Notes: generated from the sequence alone by a model not told the origin. DNA of 64,000 nucleotides from Vicinamibacterales bacterium (GCA_035496255.1 DATJEU010000068.1:3256-67255); one strand, 5' to 3'; numbered from the stretch's first letter, positions 16,881 through 27,067 are shown. Program-made: numbers and translations.

Positions 16881-19064
16881 ATGATCGCGAAACTGTTGAA
16901 GGACTGGCGAGCCGTCGCTGTTGCGACGCTGATGCTGCTGGGTTCGATCGTCATCGTGCAGGCCGCACAATCGGGACGCGGCGGCCGCACCGCTGTCGCT
17001 GTTGACGCCGACGACATCGGCGGCGTCGTCACCGGTTCGCGCGGACCGGAGGCCGGCGTCTGGGTCATTGCCGAAACGCGATCGCTGCCGACACGATTCA
17101 TCCGGATTGTCGTCACCGACGATCAGGGCCGCTTTGTCGTCCCCGACCTGCCGAAAGCGAATTACGACGTGTGGGTCCGCGGCTACGGCCTGGTCGATTC
17201 CGCGAAGGTCAAGGCGGCTCCCGGTCAGACGCTCGCGCTGACGGCGATGCCGGCGCCGGACAAGAAAGCGGCGGCGCACTACTACCCGGCGCAGTACTGG
17301 TTTGCGCTGCTGCAATTGCCGGCAAAAACGGAATTTCCCGGAACCGGTGCGCAGGGCAACGGTATCTCGCCGAACATCAAGAGTCAGGGTGATTTCATCC
17401 GCAGTGTCGTCAACACCGACGGCTGCACCGGCTGTCACCAGCTGGGGAACGCGGCGACGCGGACGATCCCGTCAGGCATTCTCGCGACCGCGAAAGATTC
17501 GCGCGACGCGTGGGACCACCGGATTCAGGCCGGACAGGCCGGCGGCGGCATGAGTGCACGCTTCACGCAGGTGGGGCGGGCGCGCGTGCTGTCGATGTAT
17601 GCCGACTGGACGGATCGGATCAAGGCCGGCGAGCTTCCCGGCGCCGAGCCCGCGAGACCCCAAGGACGGGAGCGTAACGTCGTTGTCACGTTGTGGGACT
17701 GGGCCGATCCGAAGGTCTATCTCCACGACGCGATCGCCAGCGACAAGCGCAATCCCACAGTCAATGCCAACGGGCCGATCTACGGTGCGCTGGAGGAGAG
17801 CGGCGATTACCTCGCGGTGCTCGATCCCAAGACGAACACGGCGTCGCGCATTCCGATCGCGCCTCGCGATCCCGATACCCCGAGCGCGGCCGATCAGCCG
17901 CCGGCAGGACCGTCACCGTACTGGGGAGACGAAGCGATCTGGACCAGCAAGACCACCGTTCACAGCTTCGCCATGGACAAGCAGGCGCGCGTGTGGGCGG
18001 CCGGACGTGTGCGCAGGCCGGCGACGCCGGCGTGGTGCCGCGCCGGTTCCGATCACCCGTCAGCGAAGCTGATGCCGATCAATCAGGGCCAGCGTGGCTT
18101 GATCATGTACGACCCGAAGACGAAGCAGACGACGACGATCGATACGTGCTTCACGTGGGGACACGTGAACATGGACGCGAACGACGTGCTGTGGTCGTCG
18201 TTCGGACCGGCAGGCATCGAGGGATGGTTCGACACGCGCATTTGGGATCGGACGCACGACGAGAAGCAGGCGCAGGGCTGGACCGCGTTCGTGCTCGACT
18301 ACAACGGCAACGGCCGGCGTGACGACTACACCGAGCCGAACGCGACCCCGGACCCGGCGAAGGATCGACGGCTGAACGTCACGCTCTACGGCGATACGCC
18401 GGCGTTCGATGGTTCGGTGTGGGGCAGCGTGCAGGGCATGCCCGGCGGCCTGCTGCGGCTGGTGCCCGGCTCACATCCACCGGAAACGGCGATCAGCGAG
18501 CTCTACGAGGTGCCCTGGAACAACCCGAAGGCGGCAACACAGGGTTACGCGCCACGCGGCATGGACGTCGACAGCAAGGGCGTCGTCTGGACCGTACTCT
18601 CGAGCGGTCATCTCGCCAGCTTCGACCGGCGCAGGTGCAAGGTGCTGAATGGTCCGATGGCCACGGGGCAGCATTGCCCCGAGGGCTGGACCCTGTATCC
18701 GTTCCCGGGTCCCAACTACAGGAACGCGGTCGAGAACGGCAGCGCCGACTCGGTCTACTACGACTTCGTCGATCGGTTCGACATGCTCGGCGCCGGGAAG
18801 GATGTGCCGCTCGCCACCGGCAACCTGTCCGAAGGCTTGCTCGCGTTGATCGACGGGAAGATCGTCACGCTGCGGGTGCCGTACCCGATGGGATTCTTCG
18901 CCAAGGGGATCGACGGCCGCATCGACAACCCGAACGCCGGCTGGAAGGGCAAGGGCGTCTACACGACGATCGCGACGCGCGCGCCGTTCCACATGGAAGG
19001 CGGAAAAGGGGAGACGGCGAAAGTGCTCGAGTTCCAGTTGCGGCCGGACCCGCTCGCGAAGTGA
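16881..19064 (+). CDS. Exported carboxypeptidase-regulatory-like domain + single CxxCH haem motif + beta-propeller-like protein
   Basis: AGGAG lies before ATG 16881, followed by a signal/anchor. VVTDDQGRFVVPDLPKANYDVWVRGYG is CarboxypepD_reg-like. CTGCHQLGN is a haem-c motif. The long C-terminal repeat-like region is suggestive of a propeller. Confidence 0.8.
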   Translation: MIAKLLKDWRAVAVATLMLLGSIVIVQAAQSGRGGRTAVAVDADDIGGVVTGSRGPEAGVWVIAETRSLPTRFIRIVVTDDQGRFVVPDLPKANYDVWVRGYGLVDSAKVKAAPGQTLALTAMPAPDKKAAAHYYPAQYWFALLQLPAKTEFPGTGAQGNGISPNIKSQGDFIRSVVNTDGCTGCHQLGNAATRTIPSGILATAKDSRDAWDHRIQAGQAGGGMSARFTQVGRARVLSMYADWTDRIKAGELPGAEPARPQGRERNVVVTLWDWADPKVYLHDAIASDKRNPTVNANGPIYGALEESGDYLAVLDPKTNTASRIPIAPRDPDTPSAADQPPAGPSPYWGDEAIWTSKTTVHSFAMDKQARVWAAGRVRRPATPAWCRAGSDHPSAKLMPINQGQRGLIMYDPKTKQTTTIDTCFTWGHVNMDANDVLWSSFGPAGIEGWFDTRIWDRTHDEKQAQGWTAFVLDYNGNGRRDDYTEPNATPDPAKDRRLNVTLYGDTPAFDGSVWGSVQGMPGGLLRLVPGSHPPETAISELYEVPWNNPKAATQGYAPRGMDVDSKGVVWTVLSSGHLASFDRRRCKVLNGPMATGQHCPEGWTLYPFPGPNYRNAVENGSADSVYYDFVDRFDMLGAGKDVPLATGNLSEGLLALIDGKIVTLRVPYPMGFFAKGIDGRIDNPNAGWKGKGVYTTIATRAPFHMEGGKGETAKVLEFQLRPDPLAK

Positions 19065-19075
19065 CGGTGCGTCGC

Positions 19076-19495
19076 ATGCCGCGGCGCGGGGTGATCGTCG
19101 GGCTCATTTTCCTTCTCGCAGGGGCGAGCCTTCAGGCTCGCCCTCCACGTGCCGTTCGCCCCGCAGCCGTTGGCCGTTTCCAGTCTGCCGTTGACACGAA
19201 GAACCCGATTGCCGCGACACCGGAGTCGATCGCCGCAGGCAAGCAGACCTACGTGCGCACCTGCGCGCCGTGTCACGGCACGAGTGGAGAAGGGGGTCCG
19301 GGCAACGATCTGATTCCGGCCGCGCCGGATCTGACCGACGCGATGTGGGATCACGGCTCGACCGATGCTGCAATCTTCACGAACATCAAGGAGGGCATCG
19401 GCCCCGACTTCAACATGACGCCGTTCCAGGATCGCCTGAAGGACGAGGAGATCTGGAACGTCGTCAACTACCTCAGGACTCTGGCCAGGAAGTAA
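19076..19495 (+). CDS. Class I c-type cytochrome (mono-haem)
   Basis: Signal peptide, CAPCHG haem motif, distal Met region (DFNMTPF), and typical C-terminal EEIWNVVNYLRTL. Confidence 0.85.
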   Translation: MPRRGVIVGLIFLLAGASLQARPPRAVRPAAVGRFQSAVDTKNPIAATPESIAAGKQTYVRTCAPCHGTSGEGGPGNDLIPAAPDLTDAMWDHGSTDAAIFTNIKEGIGPDFNMTPFQDRLKDEEIWNVVNYLRTLARK

Positions 19496-19511
19496 TACCG
19501 GCGAAGTCCTT

Positions 19512-19540
19512 GTAGAGGCCGACCCTCAGGTCGGCCTTTT
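19512..19540 (+). terminator. REP-like hairpin with T-run acting as intrinsic terminator
   Basis: GTAGAGGCCGACC-CTCA-GGTCGGCCTTTT, located 17 nt after the cytochrome c stop. Confidence 0.6.
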
Positions 19541-19580
19541 CGCGCCGTTCCGGCCGTAGAATGACCGCCGGAGGTGTAGC

Positions 19581-19955
19581 GTGCGCATGAGGCACTTGAT
19601 CCTGACGATCGCCCTGGTCCTGGCCACGACCCTCGTGTCGGCCCATCACTCGTGGCCCGTCAACATGGACAAGCTGGTGACCGTGAAAGGCACGATCACC
19701 AGAGTCGAATGGGCCAACCCGCATCCGATGTTCACGCTCGAGGTCCGCGATAACGGCAGCAAGATCGAGACGTGGCAGATCGGTGGGCCCGCCGTCACTC
19801 GCATGGAAGCCAACGGGTGGACGAAGACCACGCTCAAACCGGGTGACACCGTCACAGGCGTCGGCTACCAGTTCTCGGACGGCCAGAAAATCCTGCGGCT
19901 CGAGAAGATCGTGCTGGCCGACGGTAAAGAGCTGGCAGTGTACGCGCGGCGGTAG
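19581..19955 (+). CDS. DUF6152-like small secreted protein
   Basis: GGAGG lies 6 nt before GTG 19581. Signal peptide ends ...VSAHHSW. Size of 124 aa and beta-rich sequence match my recollection of DUF6152. Confidence 0.7.
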   Translation: MRMRHLILTIALVLATTLVSAHHSWPVNMDKLVTVKGTITRVEWANPHPMFTLEVRDNGSKIETWQIGGPAVTRMEANGWTKTTLKPGDTVTGVGYQFSDGQKILRLEKIVLADGKELAVYARR

Positions 19956-20329
19956 CTGTCATTTCGGCGTGACCGGCGCTGATCTTCAACTGGTCATTCG
20001 TGGTCTTGTGGCTGGACGTCGCGCTGGTCATTCTGTACTTCATCCTCGTGAGAACCGTAGAAGTTCGCAACGGCGTTCCGGAAGTGAAGGACGAGAGGAT
20101 GCCACTCACTCTCTATCAGCGGATCTCGCGTTACTGTGCCTGGTGTTCCTCTTTTCGTGCGTTGAAAGAGCTGACGCCTCCGAGAGTGGCTTCGGCGTCG
20201 TCGAGATTCGTCGGCGTGCTCGTCGCCATCATGGTCGTGGCAAGCACCTGGACGTACCTGTCAGTACCGCTGCCATTCCGGGCGACACGCGTGCCGCAGG
20301 CCGGCTTGCCGCCGCGGTAACTCACGCGT

Positions 20330-22747
20330 TCAGTACGACTGCAGCGCCACTGACGGAGAGATCCTGGCCGCGCGCCATGCCGGCAGCGTCGCGCTGATCA
20401 CCGACGCCCCCAGCAACAACACACCGACGATGCCATATGTGATGGCGTCGAGCGGCGATATTTCGAACAGCAGCGTCGAGAGGCCCTGACTGACGAACAC
20501 TGCGCCGATGAGACCGGCGATCAGTCCCGCGGCGGCGATGCCCACCGCCTGTCGCACGATGAGGCTGATGATGCTCGTCCGAGTGGCGCCGACGGCCGAT
20601 CGCAGGGCAATCTCACGCGTCCGCTCGATGACTCCGCCCGCGAGCACGCCATAGATGCCGATGATCGCAAGAATCAACGCGATCACGGCAAAGGTATCGA
20701 ACGCCGTCATCACGAACCGTTGCCGCGCCGCGGATGCGGCAACGCGATCACGCATCGTGGCTACACGCACGATCGGCTGGTTCGGATCCACGGCATTAAT
20801 GGCGCGGCGGACATCCGGTTCGATCGTGGAGGGATCCGCACTGGTGCGGACCACGATCCACATGGCGCGATCGGCGAAACGCCAGTGCCACTCGGGCATG
20901 TAGATCGCGTCCGCCGATGCCGCCGCCAGCGATGACTGCTTCACGTCGCCGGCGATGCCGACGACCGTATACCAGTTGTCGCCGGCTCCAACCCGCACCT
21001 GCCTGCCAATAGGATTGACGTCGCCAAATCGGCGACGTGCAAGCGACGCGCTGATCAGTGCGACCGGTTCGCCATTGCGATCGCGTTCGTCGACGTCGCG
21101 CCCACTCACGATCGGAATGCTCATCGCCGTCAGATATCCCGGAGTGATCGCGTATCGGAAGGCGCTCTCGGCCGGATCCGAAAGGCCCGTCACCGTGTTG
21201 CGCAATCCCACGCCGTATTCATCCATGTCGCCGCTCAACGGTAGCTGGCTGGTGAGTCCGACGGCGGCCACTCCGTTGACCTCCTGCAGCGTCGATTGGA
21301 CGCGATCGAAAAAGCGCCGTACCTCATCGTCGCCGCGGAACTGCGGGCCCGACGTCTGCACCTGCAGCGTGAGCACGCCTTCTGGACGGAAGCCGGCCGA
21401 CACCGATAACAGACGCTCGACGGAGCGCAGGAGCAGGCCGGCGCCGACGAGCAGCACCAGAGCGAGGGCGACTTCGGCGGTGGCGAACACACTGCGCAGG
21501 CGATGAGGCCTGGTGATCACGCGTGATGCCGCCGGCGTGGCCGACGCCCGGCGCCAGAGCCACACCGCCGGAACGCAGCTGGTGAGCACGCCGATGCTGG
21601 CCGTGAGTACGGCGGCAAAGGCGAGAGCGATCGAATCCAGGTGAATGGCGCTTGCGCGCGGCAAGGAAACGCCGTCCATGCTGACCAGCGCGTCTACCAT
21701 TGCATAGGCGACGGTCATGCCCAGTACGCCGCCGGCGATGGACAGCAACAGTCCTTCGGTCAGGAGCGGCGTGATCAACTGCATCCGAGGTGCACCGAGC
21801 GCTGTGCGGGTCTCCAACTCGGCTCGCCGTTCATTGCCGCGCGCCAGCATCAGATTCATGACATTCACGGCGGCAATCAGCAAGAGCAGCAAGGTGGCGA
21901 TTGTCACCTCCCGGAGGGCTGGCTTGACGTTGGCGGTCACCTGATCCTGCATCGATGTGACGATCAGGCCGCCGCTCAGCGACGCCCAGTCGGGGCGCGC
22001 GAACGCCGCCAGCGGCGTCGCGGCAATCGATGTCAGCTCGTGTCTCAGGGCATCCACATCGCTCTCTGGCTGGAGCCGTGCGAGCATCTGCAGGTTGTGT
22101 CCCCACTCGCGGCCCTGCAGCGGGAGCGACGGGTCGTCTCGCAGCGGTCGCCAGATTCGCGCTGCCGGATTCCACACGTTCTCGAAGGTGTCTCCCATGA
22201 CCCCCACGATCGTGACCGCTGCTCCATCGAGTCTGACGGTGCGGCCTACGATCGTCGGGTCACCACCCAGCCGGCGGCGCCACAGGCCGCTTGAAATGAT
22301 GGCGATCGGTGCGGCTCCAGGCACATCGTCGCTGGCCACGAAATCCCGGCCGAGTGCCGGCTCTACGCCGAGCACTCGGAAGTAATCGGCGCTGACGCTC
22401 TGACCATCGAGACGTTCGGCGTCGCCGACTCCGGATAGCGTCGGCTGCCACGACCGCGTGACGGCGGCGCGCGCGATCGCTCGGCTGCGCGCCATGATTT
22501 CCCGGAAGGTGCCGAAGGTGACGTCGAGCGCCGTGCCGGTGTCGCGGCTGGTATCGGCAACCGTCACCAGCCGACTCGCGTTCGGGTACGGAACCGCCTC
22601 CAGGAGAACAGGGCGCACGGTGCTGAACATTGCTGTGCTCGCACCGATGCCGAGCGCAAGCGTCACGACCGTGACCGCGGCAAAGCCGGGTGAGTGGCAC
22701 AGTCGCCGAGCGGCGCGGCGGACTTCAGTCGCGAGCGACTCCATCAT
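20330..22747 (-). CDS. ADOP-family duplicated FtsX/MacB-like ABC permease
   Basis: 805 aa. N-terminus RRAARRLCHSPGFAAVTVVTLALGIGASTAMFS is typical of the family. Two MacB_PCD/FtsX halves; no adjacent ATPase. Confidence 0.9.
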   Translation of the reverse strand: MMESLATEVRRAARRLCHSPGFAAVTVVTLALGIGASTAMFSTVRPVLLEAVPYPNASRLVTVADTSRDTGTALDVTFGTFREIMARSRAIARAAVTRSWQPTLSGVGDAERLDGQSVSADYFRVLGVEPALGRDFVASDDVPGAAPIAIISSGLWRRRLGGDPTIVGRTVRLDGAAVTIVGVMGDTFENVWNPAARIWRPLRDDPSLPLQGREWGHNLQMLARLQPESDVDALRHELTSIAATPLAAFARPDWASLSGGLIVTSMQDQVTANVKPALREVTIATLLLLLIAAVNVMNLMLARGNERRAELETRTALGAPRMQLITPLLTEGLLLSIAGGVLGMTVAYAMVDALVSMDGVSLPRASAIHLDSIALAFAAVLTASIGVLTSCVPAVWLWRRASATPAASRVITRPHRLRSVFATAEVALALVLLVGAGLLLRSVERLLSVSAGFRPEGVLTLQVQTSGPQFRGDDEVRRFFDRVQSTLQEVNGVAAVGLTSQLPLSGDMDEYGVGLRNTVTGLSDPAESAFRYAITPGYLTAMSIPIVSGRDVDERDRNGEPVALISASLARRRFGDVNPIGRQVRVGAGDNWYTVVGIAGDVKQSSLAAASADAIYMPEWHWRFADRAMWIVVRTSADPSTIEPDVRRAINAVDPNQPIVRVATMRDRVAASAARQRFVMTAFDTFAVIALILAIIGIYGVLAGGVIERTREIALRSAVGATRTSIISLIVRQAVGIAAAGLIAGLIGAVFVSQGLSTLLFEISPLDAITYGIVGVLLLGASVISATLPAWRAARISPSVALQSY

Positions 22748-22949
22748 GCGGCTCTCAGGTTAAGAACTCTCATTGGCGACATGTGATAGCGGCCGAAGGT
22801 CAAAGGACATGCCACGACGTGAGCATTCGCTTGGTGTGGCTAGAGGCCGCCAGCTTGCTGTTCCAGCGGCGATGCGCGCCGGTGTCTGTTCGGATTCGGG
22901 ACGTGATAGTTCGCCAGCGCACACGCTTCGTGTCAGCCCGGCTTCGCGA

Positions 22950-22975
22950 GGGCGCGGCTGAAGACCCGCCCCTAC
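22950..22975. repeat. REP-like element (minus orientation)
   Basis: The minus strand reads GTAGGGGCGGGTCTTCAGCCGCGCCC. The 18 nt ctgaagacccgcccctac are identical to 33513-33530. Confidence 0.75.
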
Positions 22976-22982
22976 GAACTAG

Positions 22983-24893
22983 CTACGCGTTCGCGACCTG
23001 TGGCCGGCCGGCGAACTGGCTGTGGTAGAGCGCGGCGTAATGTCCCTTGGCCGCGAGCAGATCATGATGGTTGCCGCGCTCGACGATCCGCCCGCCTTCG
23101 AGCATGAGAATCGTGTCGGCATTCCGGATGGTCGACAGGCGATGCGCGATGACGAAGGTCGTGCGGCCGCGCATCAATCGCGCCATCGCCTCCTGAATCA
23201 GGATCTCGGTGCGCGTGTCGACGCTGCTCGTCGCCTCGTCAAGGATCAGGATCGCCGGATCGGCAAGGAACGCGCGGGCGATCGTCAGCAGCTGCTTCTG
23301 CCCTTGTGACAGGTTGCTGGCTTCTTCGTTGATCAGCGTCTCGTAGTTCTCCGGCAGCGTGCGGATGAAGTGATCGGCCTGCGCCATCTGCGCCGCGTGC
23401 ACAATCGCGTCTTCATTCGCGCCCTCGCGGCCGTAGGCGATGTTCTCGCGGATCGTTCCGGAAAAGAGCCACGTGTCCTGCAGGACCATGCCGAAGAGCC
23501 GCCGCAGCGCGCCGCGCTTCATGTCGCGGATGTCGACGCCGTCCACACGAATCGCGCCACTCTCGACGTCGTAGAACCGCATCAACAGATTCACCAGCGT
23601 CGTCTTGCCGGCCCCGGTCGGACCGACGATGGCGATCGTCTGTCCCGGCGCGACGTCGAGCGACAGGTCGTCGATCAGCGGTACGTCGGTCTTGTAGCGG
23701 AAGCCCACGTGGTCGAACTGCACGGCACCGCGCGGCCGCTCGATCGTCACGGCATTGGTGGCTTCGGCCACTTCCTCGGGTTCGTCGAGCAGTTCGAACA
23801 CCCGCTCGGCCGCGACGATGGTGAGCTGGATCATGTTGGCGATGCCGCTCAACTGCGTGATCGGCATCGAGAACTGGCGTCCGTACTGGATGAACGCCTG
23901 CACGTCGCCGATCGGCAGCGATTGCCGCGTGACCAGTACGCCGCCGATCACCGCGATGAGCACGAAGCCGATGTTGCCGACGAACATCATCATCGGAAAG
24001 ATGATGCCGGTGACGAACTGCGCGCGCCACGCACCATCGTAGTACTGCGAGTTGAGCGCCTCGAACGTCGCGACCGACTTCGCCTCATGACCAAACGCGG
24101 TCACGATCGTGTGCCCGGCGTACATCTCCGCGACGTGACCGTTGAGACCACCGAGCGCCATCTGCTGCTGCATGAAGAACTTCTGCGAGCGCCTGGCGAT
24201 GCGCGCCACGATCACGATGCTCAGGGGCAGCGTCAGCACGATCGCGACCGTCAGAATCCAACTGATGGTCAGCATCATGACGACGACGCCAATCAGCGTG
24301 AGCACGGACGTCAACAACTGCGTGAGGTTCTGCTGCAGGGTGCCGCTGATGCTGTCGAGATCGTTGACCGCGCGGCTCATCAGCTCGCCGTGCGTGCGCG
24401 AGTCGAAGAACCTCAGCGGCAGCCGATCGAACTTCGCTTCGACCTCGCGCCGCAGCGCGTACACCGTCCGCTGTGCGATCCCCGCCATCAGGAACTGCAT
24501 CAGATAGTTGAACGCGTTGCCGACGATGTAGAGGCCGACCAGCAGCATCAGCATCCGGCCGACGTAGCCGAAGTCGATGCTCGCGCCGGGAGCATTCGCG
24601 GCCTTTGCGAGATAGCCCTCGAAGATCTTCGTCGTCACCATGCCGAGGAGCTTCGGCCCGACGACCTGGAAGACGGTGCCCAGCGCCCCGGCGATGATCA
24701 CGACGATGAGGGCGCCCTGGTGCGGCCGAAGGTAGCCGGCAAGACGGCGCAAGGTGACTTTGAAGTTCTTGGCCTTTTGTTTCGGCACGCCGATGCCGCC
24801 GATCGGGCGGTTGCCGAACAACGGCGGCGGCGTCCGCGGCGGCGTGCCGCCTGGACCCGCGGGTGGCCCCGATCTGCCCGGTGCGGTGCTCAT
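22983..24893 (-). CDS. ABC exporter subunit (TMD-NBD), canonical ATPase site
   Basis: Walker A GPTGAGKTT, Walker B ILILDEATSSVD, atypical signature LSQGQ. Its ATG overlaps the partner's stop (ATGA). Confidence 0.9.
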   Translation of the reverse strand: MSTAPGRSGPPAGPGGTPPRTPPPLFGNRPIGGIGVPKQKAKNFKVTLRRLAGYLRPHQGALIVVIIAGALGTVFQVVGPKLLGMVTTKIFEGYLAKAANAPGASIDFGYVGRMLMLLVGLYIVGNAFNYLMQFLMAGIAQRTVYALRREVEAKFDRLPLRFFDSRTHGELMSRAVNDLDSISGTLQQNLTQLLTSVLTLIGVVVMMLTISWILTVAIVLTLPLSIVIVARIARRSQKFFMQQQMALGGLNGHVAEMYAGHTIVTAFGHEAKSVATFEALNSQYYDGAWRAQFVTGIIFPMMMFVGNIGFVLIAVIGGVLVTRQSLPIGDVQAFIQYGRQFSMPITQLSGIANMIQLTIVAAERVFELLDEPEEVAEATNAVTIERPRGAVQFDHVGFRYKTDVPLIDDLSLDVAPGQTIAIVGPTGAGKTTLVNLLMRFYDVESGAIRVDGVDIRDMKRGALRRLFGMVLQDTWLFSGTIRENIAYGREGANEDAIVHAAQMAQADHFIRTLPENYETLINEEASNLSQGQKQLLTIARAFLADPAILILDEATSSVDTRTEILIQEAMARLMRGRTTFVIAHRLSTIRNADTILMLEGGRIVERGNHHDLLAAKGHYAALYHSQFAGRPQVANA

Positions 24894-26668
24894 GCGACCT
24901 CGTCGAGCGAGACCTGGGAGGCGACGATCTCGCGATAGACCGGGCTCGACTTCAACAGCTCGGTGTGCGTGCCCATGCCGACCACCCGACCGTTGTCGAG
25001 CACGATGATGCGGTCGGCGGTGATGACCGTGCTGATGCGCTGGGCGACGATGAAGACCGTGGCACCGGCGGTTTCATTACGCAGCGCCGCGCGCAGGCGC
25101 GCGTCGGTGACGAAGTCGAGCGCGGAAAAGCTGTCGTCGAAGACGTACACGTCCGGCTTGCGGACGATCGCCCTGGCGATGGCCAGCCGCTGCTTCTGCC
25201 CGCCCGACAGGTTGATGCCACCCTGGGCGATCGGCGAGTCGAATTTCTCGGGCATCGCGTCGATGAACTCGATTGCCTGCGCGATCGTGGCCGCGTGCCG
25301 CACTTCGTCGTCGGTCGCCTCGCCGCGGCCGTACCGGATGTTGGCGGCAACCGTGCCGCTGAAGAGCACGGCCCGCTGCGGAACGAAGCCGATTCGCGCG
25401 CGCAGTTCGGCTTGCGGCACGTCGCGCACGTCGACGCCGTCGATCAGCACACGGCCGCCGTTGACGTCGTAGAACCGTGGAATCAGGCCGGCTAAGGTCG
25501 ACTTGCCCGAGCCGGTGCCGCCGATGATCGCGGTCACCTCGCCGGGGTTGGCGACGAACGACACGCCCGAGAGCGCCGGCTCCTCGGCGCCGTGATACTG
25601 GAACGTCACGTTGTCGAATTCGACGCGACCGGCAGACGCGCCTGCGGGTTCGGCGGAGCTGCTATGCGGATCCCGCCCTGCGCGGCCGCGCGGCGCGGGA
25701 GCCGCACCGGCAGGATCGGCGACCTCCGGCTCGAGATCGAGCACCTCGTTGATGCGCGTGGCCGATGCCGCCGCGCGGGGCAGCATCACGAACACCGCGG
25801 TGACCATGAACACCGCGAACAGGATCTGCATCGCGTACTGGAGCGACGAGATCATCGCTCCGAACGGCATCAGCCCCTGATCGATGCGGTGGCTGCCCAC
25901 CCAGATGATCGCGAGGTTCGTGAAGTTGAGCATCACGAACAGTGCCGGCATCAGGACGGCCATCAGCCGGTTGACCGTCATCGCCGTGTTCGTCGCGTCA
26001 AGGTTCGCCGCATCGAACCGCTGCCGCTGGCGCGTGCCGCGATCGAACGCGCGGATGACGCGCACGCCACTGAGCCCTTCACCGAGCACCAGGTTGAGAC
26101 GATCGATCTTCGACTGCATGGCGGTCGAGAGCGGCACCGCGGCGCGCATGATCACGATGAAGATCACCGCCATGATCGGGATCACGCCGATGAGCACCCA
26201 GGCGAGCTGGGCGTCCTGCGACAGCGCCAGAATCACGCCGCCGGCCGCCATCATCGGCGCCGTGATCACCATCGTCATCAGCATGATCAGCATCTGCTGG
26301 ACCTGCGTCGTGTCGTTGGTGGTTCGCGTCATCAGCGAGGCGGCGCCGAAGCGATCGAACTGGTGAATCGAGAGGTGCGACGCGCGGGTGAAGATGGCGC
26401 CGCGCAGCGTCCGCCCGAACCCGGTGGCCACCCTGGAGGAGCAGTAGCTGCCGGCGACGGCGCACGCGGTTGCCAGCATCGACAGCAGCAGCATGAGTCC
26501 GCCGATCGACAGGATCCTGGCCTGATCGCCGCGGACGATGCCGTCGTCGACGATGTTCGCCATCAGGCGGGGCGGCAGCAGCGCGCCGACGGCCTGCGCG
26601 AGTGCGAGGACGAGGACGAGAGCGGCGTACCCACGATACGGACGGAGGAATCGCGTCAGCTTCAGCAT
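24890..26668 (-). CDS. ABC exporter subunit (TMD-NBD), degenerate catalytic site
   Basis: Walker A GGTGSGKST, Walker B VYVFDDSFSALD (Asp replaces the catalytic Glu), canonical LSGGQ. Confidence 0.9.
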   Translation of the reverse strand: MLKLTRFLRPYRGYAALVLVLALAQAVGALLPPRLMANIVDDGIVRGDQARILSIGGLMLLLSMLATACAVAGSYCSSRVATGFGRTLRGAIFTRASHLSIHQFDRFGAASLMTRTTNDTTQVQQMLIMLMTMVITAPMMAAGGVILALSQDAQLAWVLIGVIPIMAVIFIVIMRAAVPLSTAMQSKIDRLNLVLGEGLSGVRVIRAFDRGTRQRQRFDAANLDATNTAMTVNRLMAVLMPALFVMLNFTNLAIIWVGSHRIDQGLMPFGAMISSLQYAMQILFAVFMVTAVFVMLPRAAASATRINEVLDLEPEVADPAGAAPAPRGRAGRDPHSSSAEPAGASAGRVEFDNVTFQYHGAEEPALSGVSFVANPGEVTAIIGGTGSGKSTLAGLIPRFYDVNGGRVLIDGVDVRDVPQAELRARIGFVPQRAVLFSGTVAANIRYGRGEATDDEVRHAATIAQAIEFIDAMPEKFDSPIAQGGINLSGGQKQRLAIARAIVRKPDVYVFDDSFSALDFVTDARLRAALRNETAGATVFIVAQRISTVITADRIIVLDNGRVVGMGTHTELLKSSPVYREIVASQVSLDEVA

Positions 26669-27067
26669 GGGTTTTGTTGGGAAGGGCTAAAGGTAGCATA
26701 GCTAAGTGAACCAGGCTGCCACGCGTCACCTCGTCACGCTGCTCGCGCCGTTCCCCCGCTGAGCGCGCGCGTCGTCGAAGCCTGGATGCGATCACGTCGG
26801 TCCTGCCGGCCGCTTCCTGACAACGCCGATCACGTAAGGGCCCCGGGAGAGTACGGCGGCCGGCATACCCGATCGCCGATCGCAACGGCCGGTGGTGGAT
26901 ACGGAAGAATGCGCGTTCTGATCGTACAGAGCGACCGGAGCCAGCCGCCTCACGAGTGCCAGCCGGAAGCGTGCGCCGCGCGTCTAAGCCGGTGCAGCCT
27001 GCCAGCCGGATGACGCAGATTCGCTGTAGGATCCGGGCGCCTGCCAACATTGCATCGAGAGGAGCCT

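Noticed and set aside
22781-22909. Direct repeat (A/C)TGTGATAG... at 22781 and ACGTGATAG at 22901, upstream of the ADOP permease, as a possible operator pair
   Set aside because: There are only two 8-9-bp matches 120 bp apart, with no dyad symmetry and no adjacent regulator gene (no PadR). This is within chance expectation.
23370-26701. Long plus-strand ORFs (23370-24938 and 25592-26701)
   Set aside because: They are antisense to the two ABC exporter genes, which have complete Walker A/B and signature motifs on the minus strand.
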